Source of the DNA: Emiliania huxleyi CCMP1516
Taxonomy: Eukaryota
Direction: 5' to 3'
DNA length: 46,396 nt
Assembly (NCBI RefSeq): GCF_000372725.1
Contig: NW_005202428.1
Coordinates: forward strand, 1,969,331-2,015,726
Shown piece after piece: positions 23,004-34,500 of this stretch. How positions within the stretch are numbered: the stretch's first letter is position 1; every line of letters starts with the position of its first letter. A program made the translations under genes and the position numbers. The notes beneath the pieces were generated by a model. The model did not search any database and was not told the DNA's origin. It saw only the letters and a program-made list of their open reading frames with translations.

Positions 23004-23649
23004 GAGGAGGTCGGTGCGCCGCTCCCACTCCCAAACTCAGCTCCGCCCTCATCGACGCACAGGCTGATCGGCGTGGGTGGAGTAATGCCGACCCACCAGA
23101 CGCCGGCCAGGGCGCGCTCGCGATGCCCCTGGTCGGGCTGGGGGAGTGTTCGACTACGCGCGAGGCAATGACATTCCCCCTCCTCTCCCTGATGACACTT
23201 TCGACCATGGCTCTGGAATGGGTTCGAGGCTCCTGCGCCGCTTCCAGTACTGACTGTCAACTCGTCCCTGATGTTTCCAGGTAGGTGCCCTTTGGCAACG
23301 CGCTATTCCTAAGTACTCTCTCTCAATCATGCGCGAGATGAATTTGTTTAACCTTTAAAGCTGTCAAAGAGAAAAACAACACGTTGGGCTGCCAAGGGAG
23401 AGGAAAACAAACCCGCCGCGCGTGCGCGCCTGGTCTGCTAGTGAGTGAAAAGGCAACAACCCCGGTAGTAGTATAATAGTATGTGGGTAACACGGCGTCT
23501 GCACACTAGGCGAGTCACACATGTGTCCTGATTGGGCTCAAAGAGATGAGTGAGAGTCATGAATGAATGAATGTATGTGTGTGTTGTGTATGTATGGTTC
23601 TTGCACTTGTGCAAGATTGGGCGTCTTCTTTCTGCCGCAGTCCCTTTGA

Positions 23650-24990
23650 GAGAGAGAGAGAGAGATTTTTAGCAATACCAAACAAATCTAACACTCACAC
23701 GTCATTTGGGGCCTGGAGCCCTGTTCACGCGCGCGCGAGACGTGCAGACAGGGTTGCCAGGTGAGAGCGAATGGCGCGGTTCACGCCTCGCACAACAGAG
23801 AGAGAGATGCGCTCTGCATGGTGGGGCATAAAAGAGAGCGAGTACTTGGGCGAGTAGGCCGTGCGGTCGACGCTGCCGCGCGCGACTTTGCGCGCGAGGC
23901 GGCGCAGCTTGAGAACGGCGGTGGGCGAAGCCGCCGCCGAACGTCTCGTGGAGCAGCAGGTTGAAGTTGTTGCGCTTGACAAAGATCGCGTCGTGGTAGA
24001 AACCGCGATGCGCCTTGACGTAGCCGTGGCCGGTCTTGTGGGAGAAGGGTTGGCCGGGCTGCCCGCGCGCCTTGCAGCCCATGTTTAGGCGGCGGGCCTT
24101 CTCTTCGGTGTTACCAAAGGCGTAGGAGTGGCCGACGGAGGCGGGCGTGCCGCCACTCGAGGCGTTGCCAACGCCCGGCGAGGAGGTCTTGAGGAGGGGC
24201 GTCCAGAGCTTGATTTCATTCACGTCATCGCACCCTCCTGGTCCCGCATGGGGTTCTGCGAGGTCAGTCTTGTACCCCTCGTTGTACTGCCGGGTGAGCT
24301 CTGGTTTCTCCTTGTCGCCGTGCACGACCGGCGCGTTGGCCGGGGCGCGCATCGCGTCCGCCCAGGCGGCGAGGACGCCGTCGTGGGGCCGCCGGTGGTG
24401 GGCCTTGTTGTAAAGGTAGTCGCCGAAGAAATCGACTGGCATGCCCCGCTCGAGCGCGACCCGAAGGGTGGGAAGCGCCGCGGAGAGCCAAAGGCCGAGC
24501 TTTCGCTGGAGCTCGTCTTGGAGGGTGTCGGAGGAGAGGGCGGTGGCGTACGTACCGTCGACACGGACATCGAAGGCCTTGCCGGCGAAAGGCGTTGAGG
24601 CGGAGACGAAGCGCGCGGCTTCGCGGTTGTTGACGGCGCTGTCTCCGAGGGACGGGTTGTTCTTGACGTGCACATCCCGCGCCTTGACGAGCTCCTGGTG
24701 CGCGTACCAGTCCTTGTGATTCTTGATGGCAGCGAGCGCCCGCGGCCGCGGGTACGTGGATTTGCAAGTGCCATTGAGAATCGCGTCGGTAGCTGGAAGG
24801 GACTCGGGCTCGGGGAGCGGGACGCTCTTGGGGTAGAACTCAGTCAGGTAGCCGCCGCGGACGGTGTAGTACTTGTTTTTGTCGCGGGCGGCGCGCTTCT
24901 CGCACACCTCCTTCCAGTCCGAGAGGGCGGACTCGTAGGTGGCGATAGCTGCGGCGATGGCGGGGTACTTGGATGCACCTCCCTCGTCAT
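23650..24990 (-). mobile_element. 5'-truncated CRE-like non-LTR retrotransposon (family A) encoding the C-terminal restriction-like endonuclease region; frameshifted
   Basis: ARFVSAS.PFAGK...LQRKLGL, DFFGDY...RPHD, KTDL...EIK, HETFGG, then a frameshift near 23925 to ERISLSVVRGVNRAI. (TC)n tail. TSD GTCCCTTTGA at 23640-23649 and 24991-25000. Confidence 0.85.
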
Positions 24991-25013
24991 GTCCCTTTGA
25001 TGGGAGGCCCCAG

Positions 25014-25483
25014 GGTTCCGGCTCCTACCCAGATAGGGGGTCTGTTCCCTACGGTTAGACCCCATGCAATTAGGTAGGTAGGTCCGGTTTTGACCGCCCC
25101 AGAGGGCCCCGCAATAGGTAGGTAGGTGGTGGTGTTGGTGGGCCCGCGGGGGGGGTTGGGGGGGGGGGGTAAAAAAACCGCTTCGCTCGCGCGCGGGAGA
25201 CGCGCTAGCCGCGAACGGGGCCATGCCAGGCGAGTCGCCTGCGGCTGGGACGCCAGCCGAGACGGGTGCGGCGGCGGCGCCCGCGGTGGCGGCGCCCGGG
25301 TCGGCAGCGCCGGCGAACGCGCCCGGGACGGGTATTTTTCGCTTCGCTGCGCGGCCTGGGAATAGGTAGGTAGGTGGGGCACGGAGCCTGGCGATTGGCG
25401 CCCGCAATAGGTAGGTCGGTAGGTAGGGCGTTTTGGTGCGAGTCATAGGCAACAGACCCCCTATCTGGGTAGGAGCCGGAACC
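25014..25483. mobile_element. PIF/Harbinger-type MITE
   Basis: About 38-bp TIR GGTTCCGGCTCCTACCCAGATAGGGGGTCTGTTSCCTA. 3-bp TSD CAG at 25011-25013 and 25484-25486. Four internal TAGGTAGGT motifs. Confidence 0.85.
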
Positions 25484-25575
25484 CAGCGTCACAGAGAGGT
25501 TGCCTAAAAAGAATTTACATTGGGCTCACCCTCTACACCGACGAACCACAGCGCCTCATAGAGCTCTAGAGCTCT

Positions 25576-27840
25576 ATGACAGACTCGACACCAACAGACT
25601 CAACCGAAGCCGCCTCCCAGCAGCTTCAACTTCCCGTTACGCTGACGCTGCCGTCCTCCCTGGGCCTCGTCCGGGTGCACGGCCAGTCGTTCGCGCTGGC
25701 CCGGCGCCTTGTGCGTGCGGTGGAGGCGTCGGCGGGAGGGATCGAGGTGATGGCAGCGCCGCACGGCAGCGTGCTGGTCGTGCTCTGCGCGCCGGACTCG
25801 CTTGATCGTGTCGCTGCCATTTGCGGCGCTCCGGAGTGGGCGAGCGTGCTCTCCTCAAGCGTCGTCGCTCTCGACGAGGCGGGCTGCCACGCCGAAGGAG
25901 GCGCGCTCAGTGCAGCGGTTGAGGAGTGGATGACGCGCAAGCTCCACGTCGAGGAGGGCTACCTGCGGCTCAGCGAAGGCTGGCTCGTCGATGTGAGCGC
26001 CGGGGGCGCGCCTTCCAGACCGGTGCCATTTCCAACGGCGTCCGCCTTTCGGCTTCGCCTGCGGCTCAAAGGGTGCTCACCGCTCGATGCCGCTCGTTCT
26101 TCCGTCGAGGCCACTTTGAGTATTCGCTTCGAAGGTCGCCGGTGGAACCCGTCCGCCGACGCCGTGGCCGGGCTCCTGCAGAGCGACGACGCCATCGGGG
26201 CTCAGCTTCGTGAGGCGGGATCGGTGGACCTCTCCTCTGCCCGCTGGTGGTCTCGCTTCTGCGACCCTGAGCGAGAGGGCTCCTTCGCCAACGAGATCTC
26301 TCTCCTACCCGACTTTGCCCCGGCCACGATTGTCGGCCTCTCCTTGACACCACCTCGCCACCTGCCGTGCGGGCCGCATCGCACCATGGTGCCGCAGCGC
26401 AGGGCGGACGCCGCAAGCATCGAGGCCGAATGGGCAGAGGGGTACGGCCTTGTCGGCCTCACCTCTACTGCCGCGGACGGGCGGACGCCGCTCTTTGCCA
26501 CTGTATCGCTCGGGGCGCCCGAAGAGCACGAGGTGTGCAGCGGTGGCTCGTGGCGCGTCGTACCCGCCGCCGCGGTTTGGCCCCGGCCAGGCATGCGAGT
26601 GGCCCGGCGCCTCACGCAGATTCGTCTCCCGACAGAGAGGACGCTCAGCCGGATCCTCCCGTGGCTCGGCAAGGTATCCCTCCTGGGCGAGTGCCTCAAG
26701 CTCTCCTGCGCGGCGGCAGACGTCATGCTGCAGCGCTGCGTGGGGGCTGAGCCTGCCCGCCCCCCAGCGGACCGGCGAGACCAGGAGCCCGACGGCGTCA
26801 CCAGGGGCGTGCCGCCGCCGCCAGCCAAGCGTGCGCTCGCCGGACGGGCGCGGCCAAGCCTCTCGGCGGCGACGGCAGCGGGAGGGACTCCACCTACCCC
26901 TGCTCAAGCCCGGATTGCGGCGCCCTCGAGACCACCTCTCGGCGCCTTCTCGAGGACGAGCGCAGGCGGACCCGCTCGCGCCGCACCCACGGCGGCCGCG
27001 AGGGTTGGTGGCGGTGCCGGTTCCGGCGGGCGACGTACCTTCAAGCTGTCCGGCAGCCGTCCCGAGCCGCCGATCGCCAAGAAGTCTGCGGGCACAAAGC
27101 CCAAGGGAGCGGCGCCGACACTCGCGTCGGCGGTCCTGGTGTCGGATCACGACGAGTTGCGAGCGATGCGCGTGCCGGAGCTGAAGCAGCAGCTCGCCTT
27201 GCGCAAGCAAAAGGTGAGCGGCACTCGGGCGGCACTACTCGAGAGGCTCGGCGTTGGGCAGGCTCATGCCTCCGGAGCCAGCGCGGCAGCGCCGCCCACA
27301 TCGTCGCCGGCAGCCTCAACGCCAGCCGCAGCATCCACCCCACCGCCAGCGGTCTTCGCGCGGCAACCAGCGCTCTCTCCGGCCACGGCGGCCGCGGCGG
27401 TCGCGCCACAGCCTGCGGCACCAGCAAAGTCATCGCGAGCGGCCAAGCGGGTGACGTGGGCCCCCTCAGTAGTGGAGAAGGCTCCCGCGGCGACCTGGCC
27501 GGGAGAGCACAAGGCTGACTGGCTGCAAGAGGCGAGCGGCGTGCTCACCCCCGTGGCCTCGAGCTTGCTCCGCTGCGCGTTTGCCCGCTTCGACGCTGAC
27601 GCGGACGGGGGCCTCTCTCCCTCCGAGCTCTCGGCCTTCAACGCAGCAACCGGATCGGGCGAGCTCGACGCGGAAGACCTCGCTTGGATTCTGAGCTCGT
27701 TCGGGACGCACATGCCCAGCGGCGGCCTCAGCGTCGAGGGCTTTGAGGCTTACTTCGTGTCGGCGCTCAGAGACGACGAGACCTTCGAGGAGACGATCGC
27801 AGACGTGCAACGGATCTCAGCATGCTTGGCGCACGGCTGA
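25576..27840 (+). CDS. Protein with an unknown (possibly C18orf63/DUF4708-like) N-terminal region, a SAP domain and a C-terminal EF-hand pair
   Basis: 754-aa ORF. SAP: LRAMRVPELKQQLALRKQKVSGTRAALLERL. EF: FARFDADADGGLSPSEL...GLSVEGF. Confidence 0.8.
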   Translation: MTDSTPTDSTEAASQQLQLPVTLTLPSSLGLVRVHGQSFALARRLVRAVEASAGGIEVMAAPHGSVLVVLCAPDSLDRVAAICGAPEWASVLSSSVVALDEAGCHAEGGALSAAVEEWMTRKLHVEEGYLRLSEGWLVDVSAGGAPSRPVPFPTASAFRLRLRLKGCSPLDAARSSVEATLSIRFEGRRWNPSADAVAGLLQSDDAIGAQLREAGSVDLSSARWWSRFCDPEREGSFANEISLLPDFAPATIVGLSLTPPRHLPCGPHRTMVPQRRADAASIEAEWAEGYGLVGLTSTAADGRTPLFATVSLGAPEEHEVCSGGSWRVVPAAAVWPRPGMRVARRLTQIRLPTERTLSRILPWLGKVSLLGECLKLSCAAADVMLQRCVGAEPARPPADRRDQEPDGVTRGVPPPPAKRALAGRARPSLSAATAAGGTPPTPAQARIAAPSRPPLGAFSRTSAGGPARAAPTAAARVGGGAGSGGRRTFKLSGSRPEPPIAKKSAGTKPKGAAPTLASAVLVSDHDELRAMRVPELKQQLALRKQKVSGTRAALLERLGVGQAHASGASAAAPPTSSPAASTPAAASTPPPAVFARQPALSPATAAAAVAPQPAAPAKSSRAAKRVTWAPSVVEKAPAATWPGEHKADWLQEASGVLTPVASSLLRCAFARFDADADGGLSPSELSAFNAATGSGELDAEDLAWILSSFGTHMPSGGLSVEGFEAYFVSALRDDETFEETIADVQRISACLAHG

Positions 27841-28231
27841 AGAGGGATGAGGGAACCGCCAGATGTGTGCAGCTCTGACTCGCATGCGCCGCGCCGGCCG
27901 CGCAGAGCTCGACCGAAAGCGGAAGGCGAAGGGGGAAGAACGGCGCATCGGCGGCCGGCGGCGATCTGATTCGCAACATGGCCGGGCTGGGAGCGCGCCC
28001 GCTCGAGACAGCGCGTGACAAAAGAAACGGGACTGGGATGTGTGTGCGCACAAGCCCGTGGCCCTGTGCTCACCCCATAGCAGCGCGCGACGATCACAAA
28101 TCGCAGCAAGCTGCGCTGTGAATTGTGCTGCTGAACAAGAAACACGGACCGGCGCCGCCCGTGTGATTGCTGATTCTGGAAGTTCATCGCCGACCCCCCC
28201 TCCCCTCTCCCCCAATGCGCAATGCGCACTC

Positions 28232-28980
28232 TCAACCTAGCGAGGCGGCGGCGGCGGCGCCGACGGGCGAGGCCGACAGAGGCGGCGGCGAGCTGTGCCT
28301 GTAAACCAAGGCCTCGCCAAGCGGCTCGCCATGTTCCTCGAGCCGAATCACGGCGTCGTCCATCGAATTTGAGCGCTCGAGTTTGAGCGCGCACGCCGCG
28401 CAAGCAGAGCGCGCTTGGATCACTGAGTGAGGACCTGCACATTGCCTGACTGCCAGCGCACCTCGACGCGCAGCGGAACACCCGAGGGCCCGAGCCCAAA
28501 GGCGAGCCGGTGGTCGAGGCAATTGCGGCGGTTTTTCCCACCAGAGACGCTGTGTTTGGCTCGCGCATCTGCTGTTGCGTGGCATATCGCCCGGCGCACG
28601 TTGCCAAGTGAGGAGCACTGTCGCTCCGATGCACTCTTTCGTTTGCTCACGGTGCCTGCAAGCCGGAAGGCGATGTAGGAGTTGCCCGGGGTTCCCTTAT
28701 TCCATAGTACGGAAAATCGTTTTGAAAGGCATCAGGTCAGGTCGAGGAATCCGGTCATTGTCCTCTCAAACCAAGAGGCCGTTGTTGGTGTGGGGGCTCG
28801 ACGGACCTGTGCCCCGAACGGCGCAGAGAGATCCGATCGCCCGTCGCGGTCGATGTCGAGGAGCGCGCCACCGTGCGCATCAAATCTCTCATGACACCAC
28901 GAGTGCTGCGCGCAGTACGTAGGCTGCTCATTCGAACCGCTGACGTATTGTCGCAGGAGGTGAGGTGCGAGGACTCTCAC
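28232..28980 (-). pseudogene. ASPIC/UnbV (CRTAC1-like) C-terminal region, frameshifted
   Basis: Segments in different frames: LLDIDRDGRSDL (FG-GAP-like), WNKGTPGNSYIAFRLAGTVS, CIGATVLLTW, QQQMRE, LDHRLAFGLGPSGVPLRVEVRWQSGNVQVL. Confidence 0.7.
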
Positions 28981-29643
28981 GAGGACCAGTAGCTCGACCT
29001 GTATCGAGAAGCTTCACCTATTATTCTCCCCTCCCCCCCCCAGAGTGATGAACAGTCTACCCTATCCCTATATCCCCATATTCGCACACCCTGTGCAGTG
29101 GCGCGCCTTGCCACCTAGACCCCTAATATTAGCACCTTGGGCGCCGAATAGGCGCCCAAACATTGGCACGTAATAGCTCTCCAACTGCTCCGTTGCGCCG
29201 CGCGCTGCGAGACAGTGCAACCCTTTCGTTGTGCGCTAGCCACAACCTGGTGCGTAATAGTGCCATTCCGCCCAACCGGTGCGTAATTGTGCCTTCGTAC
29301 TTTGAATGGACCCTACAAACATACACTTCTCGGACGAGGAGGCTCGCTCTGTCGCGGGTCCTCCTGTCCTCCATCACCCGCGACCAACTCACAGGACCGC
29401 GTACGGCTCACCATCACCACTCTTGCTGAACACCGACCTTCGGGTTCAGATGCCGATCCCTTTGCAAACGAGGGAAGAGGGACGCCTCGCGATACTACGG
29501 AGGGCCTCGACAAGATGCACGGTCAGACCACACCCCGATCCCTACCACACGTATTCTGTGTATTCTGTGTATGGCACCGAGCTGGACTCGTCCCTCGAGG
29601 TCGAGCGCATACCCGCTGCCGGTGTTGAGTGCGGGGTCCCTGG

Positions 29644-29688
29644 GGAAAAAGAAAGAAAGAAAACACACACCCAAACGAGGGATGGGGG
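29644..29688 (-). mobile_element. Very short family-B2 retroelement 3' end
   Basis: Reverse complement reads CCCCCATCCCTCGTTTGGGTGTGTGTTTTCTTTCTTTCTTTTT. Confidence 0.55.
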
Positions 29689-30101
29689 AGCAGAGAGCAC
29701 TTGGAGCACTTGGTCTTGGAGTGCAGTCATCACAGCCTCACATCCAGGGCCGGGGAGCTAAGGAGCGCACCCAGCGGGCCGGATGATTGGCATCGGGTTG
29801 CGGGCAAGAGAGCCCTAGCCCAGGGGGTGCGCGTTCGCGGGGAAGTGGCCGTAAAGTAAACACGGGTCTCCGAGGGTTAGTACCGCGCTCCAGGTTTCCC
29901 CTAGCAGCAGAACGCCCCCTCTACTCGGAGCTAGTAAACACCAGACAAGGACACGCGACGACACACACTCCCCCTTGGCGACGGCGTCGCCAATCACAAC
30001 CCCTCGCCCGGTCTCCCTGCCCCGGCTCCGGCGGGCGCCAAAGGTTTTCTTGCGTGCTCACTCTGGAGGCGGGCGCGCGTACTCACTCTCTGCGCACATA
30101 T

Positions 30102-30626
30102 ATGACGACTCCAGACACCAGCATGCTCGCCCACTACAGCCCTGAGGTCCTCGCTCTGTGGGGCGCTTCGGACGAGACGGCGTCTGAGAAATGGCGGCAG
30201 GACAAGATTGCGGATTTCGAAGCGGGCGGAGCGATGAAGGAGAAGCATGGCACAAGGGAGGCGCTTGACGCCTGGATGAAGGAGAAGGTGTATGGCGTGG
30301 GCGGCACGATGGATAAGACGCTCAAGATCCGTGGCAATCCGAAGGTCTTCTTTGACATGGAGATTGGCGGCGAGCCCGCGGGGCGCGTTGTCATGCAGCT
30401 GCGGGCGGACGTTGTGCCCAAAACGGCCGAGAACTTCCGCCAGCTCTGCCTCAAGGAGGAGGGCGAGGGCTACAAGGGCTCGTCCTTCCACCGCGTGATT
30501 CCCGGCTTCATGTGCCAGGGAGGCGACTTCACCAACCACAATGGAACCGGCGGCAAGTCCATTTATGGCGAGAAGTTCGAGGACGAGAACTTCCAGCTCA
30601 AGCACACCGGCAAGGGCGTGCTCTCG

Positions 30627-30668
<42 letters not shown>

Positions 30669-30924
30669 CTCTGCACCGCCAAGACGGCTTGGCTCGATGG
30701 TGAGGACCGCCAGGTGCGGCCCGGGGGAACCAGGGCGCGTGACGGAGTGCGCCCGCGCCGCCGCAGGCAAGCACGTCGTCTTCGGCAAGGTAGTCAAGGG
30801 CATGGACGTCGTGGTCGCCGTCGAGGCGGTTGGCTCCCAGGGCGGTGAGACGTCGAAGAAGGTCGTCATCAAAGGCTGCGGCGAGCTGGCGGCGTCGGAC
30901 CCCGCCTTCCTCGACAAGGACTGA
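30102..30924 (+). CDS. Cyclophilin-type peptidyl-prolyl isomerase (CypA-like) with N-terminal extension; 2 exons
   Basis: [78 protein letters not shown] intron at 30700-30766. Confidence 0.95.
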
Positions 30925-31596
30925 GGGGGCGGGGCGGGCAGCGGGCGATCGGCGGCGGCTGTGCGCACATACTCGGTTGCGCGCGGCGCCCGCTCTTCCG
31001 CTGCCGCTCCACCGCTCGCGCCGAACCCGAGAAGTCGGTTAACCGGTTTGCTGAGTCGGTAGTATAGAGAATAGAGTCGGTCAGGACTCAGGTTGAGCTG
31101 TACGCATGCGGTAGTCAGTAGGAGCGGCTCGCTGTCGCTCCGTTTTATTTGGGCCTTTTTTCGCTGTCTCGAGTGCCCGCGGACCCTTGGGGTTGACCGC
31201 GCAGTTGAGGGCGCGACCCCTCTCTTGCTCTCTCGGTTTCCGGGTCGGCCGGGGTGTTATCCACCTCGCACCTGCGAAGTTGATGCCGAAGCTCGTGGTC
31301 GTGCACGCCGACACGGTGTTGCGTGAAAAGGAGGCTTAAAGGACCAATCGACGTCGCGCTCGGCCAGCGCCTCGCGTGGCCGTAGGCGTAGCCTCCCTAC
31401 GCTACCTGATGGTGGCACGACGGTGGTGGGGCTGATCCAAAGCAGCCATTGGGGGCGTTTCATGTCTGAGCCGCCAAGGACTGAAGATCCCTCTCACCAC
31501 AAGATGATCCCTAGAATCCATCTCGGCTCGCAGTGCATTTTATTTATCGGACGGTCGGCGTTACAAAAACGACGGGCCGTTTGTTTGTGCGTGCCC

Positions 31597-34500
31597 ATGG
31601 CCGCGCTCGCGCGACGGTCGTCTGTGGGTAGCCTCAGCGTGCCCAATTCTCCGTCACGGGCAAAGGGAGGCGTTGGCGAGGGCCAGCTCTCGTACGACGA
31701 GGTTCAGGCCGAGTGCCGCCGGCTGCCTGCCGGTGGCCTCTGGGAGGACCGCAGCTGGTCAGGCAATGTGGTGCGTGCCTGCTCTCCCCGCCCGCGGCGG
31801 CGTGGCCCGCACTGACGCGTTGTGCTGTCTCACCAGGCGCTGTACAAGCCGCGCTCGGCAACCAAGTACAACGGCGGAGAGCCGATCCGGTGGCTTCGGC
31901 CGACAGAGATGCATGGTGCCGACGCCTCGGGTGCCTCGACCCGGCTGATTCGCGGTGGGATGGACGCTGGGGACGTCGAGCAGGGGGAGCTGGGCGACTG
32001 CTATCTGCTCGGCGCCATGTCAGCCATCGCAGCGGCGACAGACGACTCGGGCGTGCAGGGCGAGCTCTTTTACAAGCTGCTGCGCAACCGCGACGGGGCG
32101 GATGACGACTTGAAGAAAGGATTCTGTACGTTCCTCCTCTATAAGTTTGGGACGTGGGCCGAGGTGACGGTGGACACGCTGCTGCCGTGCGATGCCGCAG
32201 CCAAGCCACTCTTTGCGCATGGCAAAGATCCCAACGAGTTGTGGGTGCCGCTGCTTGAGAAGGCGGAGCTGCCGCCCGTCTGCCCCCAAGTCAGCGCTCA
32301 CCACCCCTGCCCTCACCGCCGCCGCCCTCCACGCCAAGGCGTACGCGAAGCTGCACGGCTCTTACGAAGCGCTTGATGGCGGCTCCGTCACTGCAGCGCT
32401 GGTCGACCTCACGGGCGGAATCGCCGAGACGCTGGACTTGTCGGAGGAGGACGAGCTGCAAGAGCTATACGATGGCTCGATGTGGAAGCGCATGGTGCGC
32501 TACGCGAGCGGCACCGCACCAAATTGCTTCTACCTGCTCGGCGCGGCGCTGGCAAAGTCAGACGTGCAGGACGACGGGTGCGCCAGGCGGAGGTGAGCCG
32601 GGCTTGACCAAGACGCGCGCATGACATGCGCATGACACGTCTCATAGGCACCAGGAGGAGGTACAGATGACGGACGCAAACATCCTGGTCAACCACGCCT
32701 ACACGCTGCTCGAGGCGCGCGAGGTGCCCGAGGGGGTCGGCGAGAAGGTGAAGCTCCTGAAGCTGCGCAACCCGTGGGGGATGCGCGAGTGGTCCGGCCC
32801 GTGGTCGGACGGTTCGGACGAGTGGAAGACCAAGGCGGGACAGAAGGCTAAGGCGGACCTCCAATACGTGGAGGCGGACGACGGCACCTTTTACATCTCG
32901 TGGGACGACTTCCAGGCCTGCTTCAACAGCCTTCCCCGCCGTGTCCCTCGCCTGCTGTCGCGACCACCACCGGCATTGCCCCCGTCGTCGCCTGCACACT
33001 CGCCTCCGCGACCGCCCTCACCGCTGCCACTTGCCCCGCCACTTCCCTCGCTTCCAGGCGCACTTTAACCGCATCTACGTCTGTCGCGTGGCCGAGACGT
33101 GCGACGGCGCCGGCTTTAGCCCCGAGCAGGCGCGGCAGGGCGCGGGTGGGCCTCCCGGTTGCTGGTGCAAGTATGAGCTGGACGGAGAGTGGACCGCCGA
33201 CAGCGCGGGTGGCTGCTTCAATTTCCCCTCCTGGCGGACCAACCCGCAGTACGAGCTGGTTGTGGGCCAGGAGACCAACGCGTTTTTCATCCTGATGCAG
33301 CCCGACCCTCGGATGGACAAGAGCAAGCTGATCGTCAAGGGCGAAGGCGACGAGGGCGGCCCGAAGTACGACCACAAGATCGGTATGTACGTGATGAAGG
33401 GGCACGAGCAGTTCTCACGCAAGGTAATCTTTGACTCGGAAGAGATCGAGGGCGACGACGTGCTCGACTCGACGCCGTACATGGAGTACCGCGAGGTGCG
33501 TCGCCTACACGTCTCGCCGACCGCCACCGTCACCGCCTCCACCACCCTCGCCTCCGCCGCCTTCTCCGGCTCCTCTATCGTCGCCGCCCGCCAGCGCCAC
33601 CGCTTCTGCCATCTCCCACCGTCACCCCACCTCCTAGGTGCACTGCAACACGATGGACGAGGAGGACGAGCCCAAGCTTGGTGAGGGAGAGCGGGTCGTG
33701 CTGTGCCCGTCCACGTTTAAGCCGAATAAGCTCGGAAAGTTCCGGATCATCGTGCTCACCGAGAGCGCGCTGCTGCAGCCGCCGAGGCCACTGGCGCCCC
33801 TCCACGCGCTGCGCCAGGCGGGACGCTGGGAGGCCGGCACGGCCGGCGGCTCACGCAACTGTGTCACGTGGCGCAAGAACACTCAGTACCAGCTCAAGCT
33901 GTCGCGGCCGAGTCGCGTCTCTGTGCTGCTTATGCGGCACGACGAGGACGCAACGACCTCGGATAAGCCGCTCGGCGCCAAGAAGAAGAAGGCGAAGAAC
34001 CCAAAGCGGAAGAAGGCCGACCGTGCCCTCTCCCCTTCGGTCTCGGTTCAGCGACACGGGTCGACGTGTCCGTGACGCGTCCTTTAGGCCGACAAGATCT
34101 TCTTCATCGGCTTCGTGGTCGTGCGGCCGCTCGCTGCACAGGCGGGGAAGCGGATCGTGCACGTCGAGGACGAGGCGGTGCTCGAAAAGACGAGCTATTC
34201 GCCTAACTTTGAGGTCAGTCGCGAGTTCCACTCGGGATCCATCGCTGCAGACCCAAACTACTCGGACGATTGTTTCGTCATCGTCCCGACGACCTTCAAA
34301 CCCGACATCGTCGGCGAGTATGACCTCGTTGTGTACACCGACGACGCCTCGGCCACGCTCGAGCAGCTGCCCAAGTCCACCTGGCACGAGACGAGCGCGC
34401 GCGGCGAGTGGGTCGGCCGGTCCGCCGGCGGCTCCCGCAATCACCCATCGTGGGTATGCAACCCGCTCTACTCGCTGCAGGCGCACTCAGCCTTGCACTC

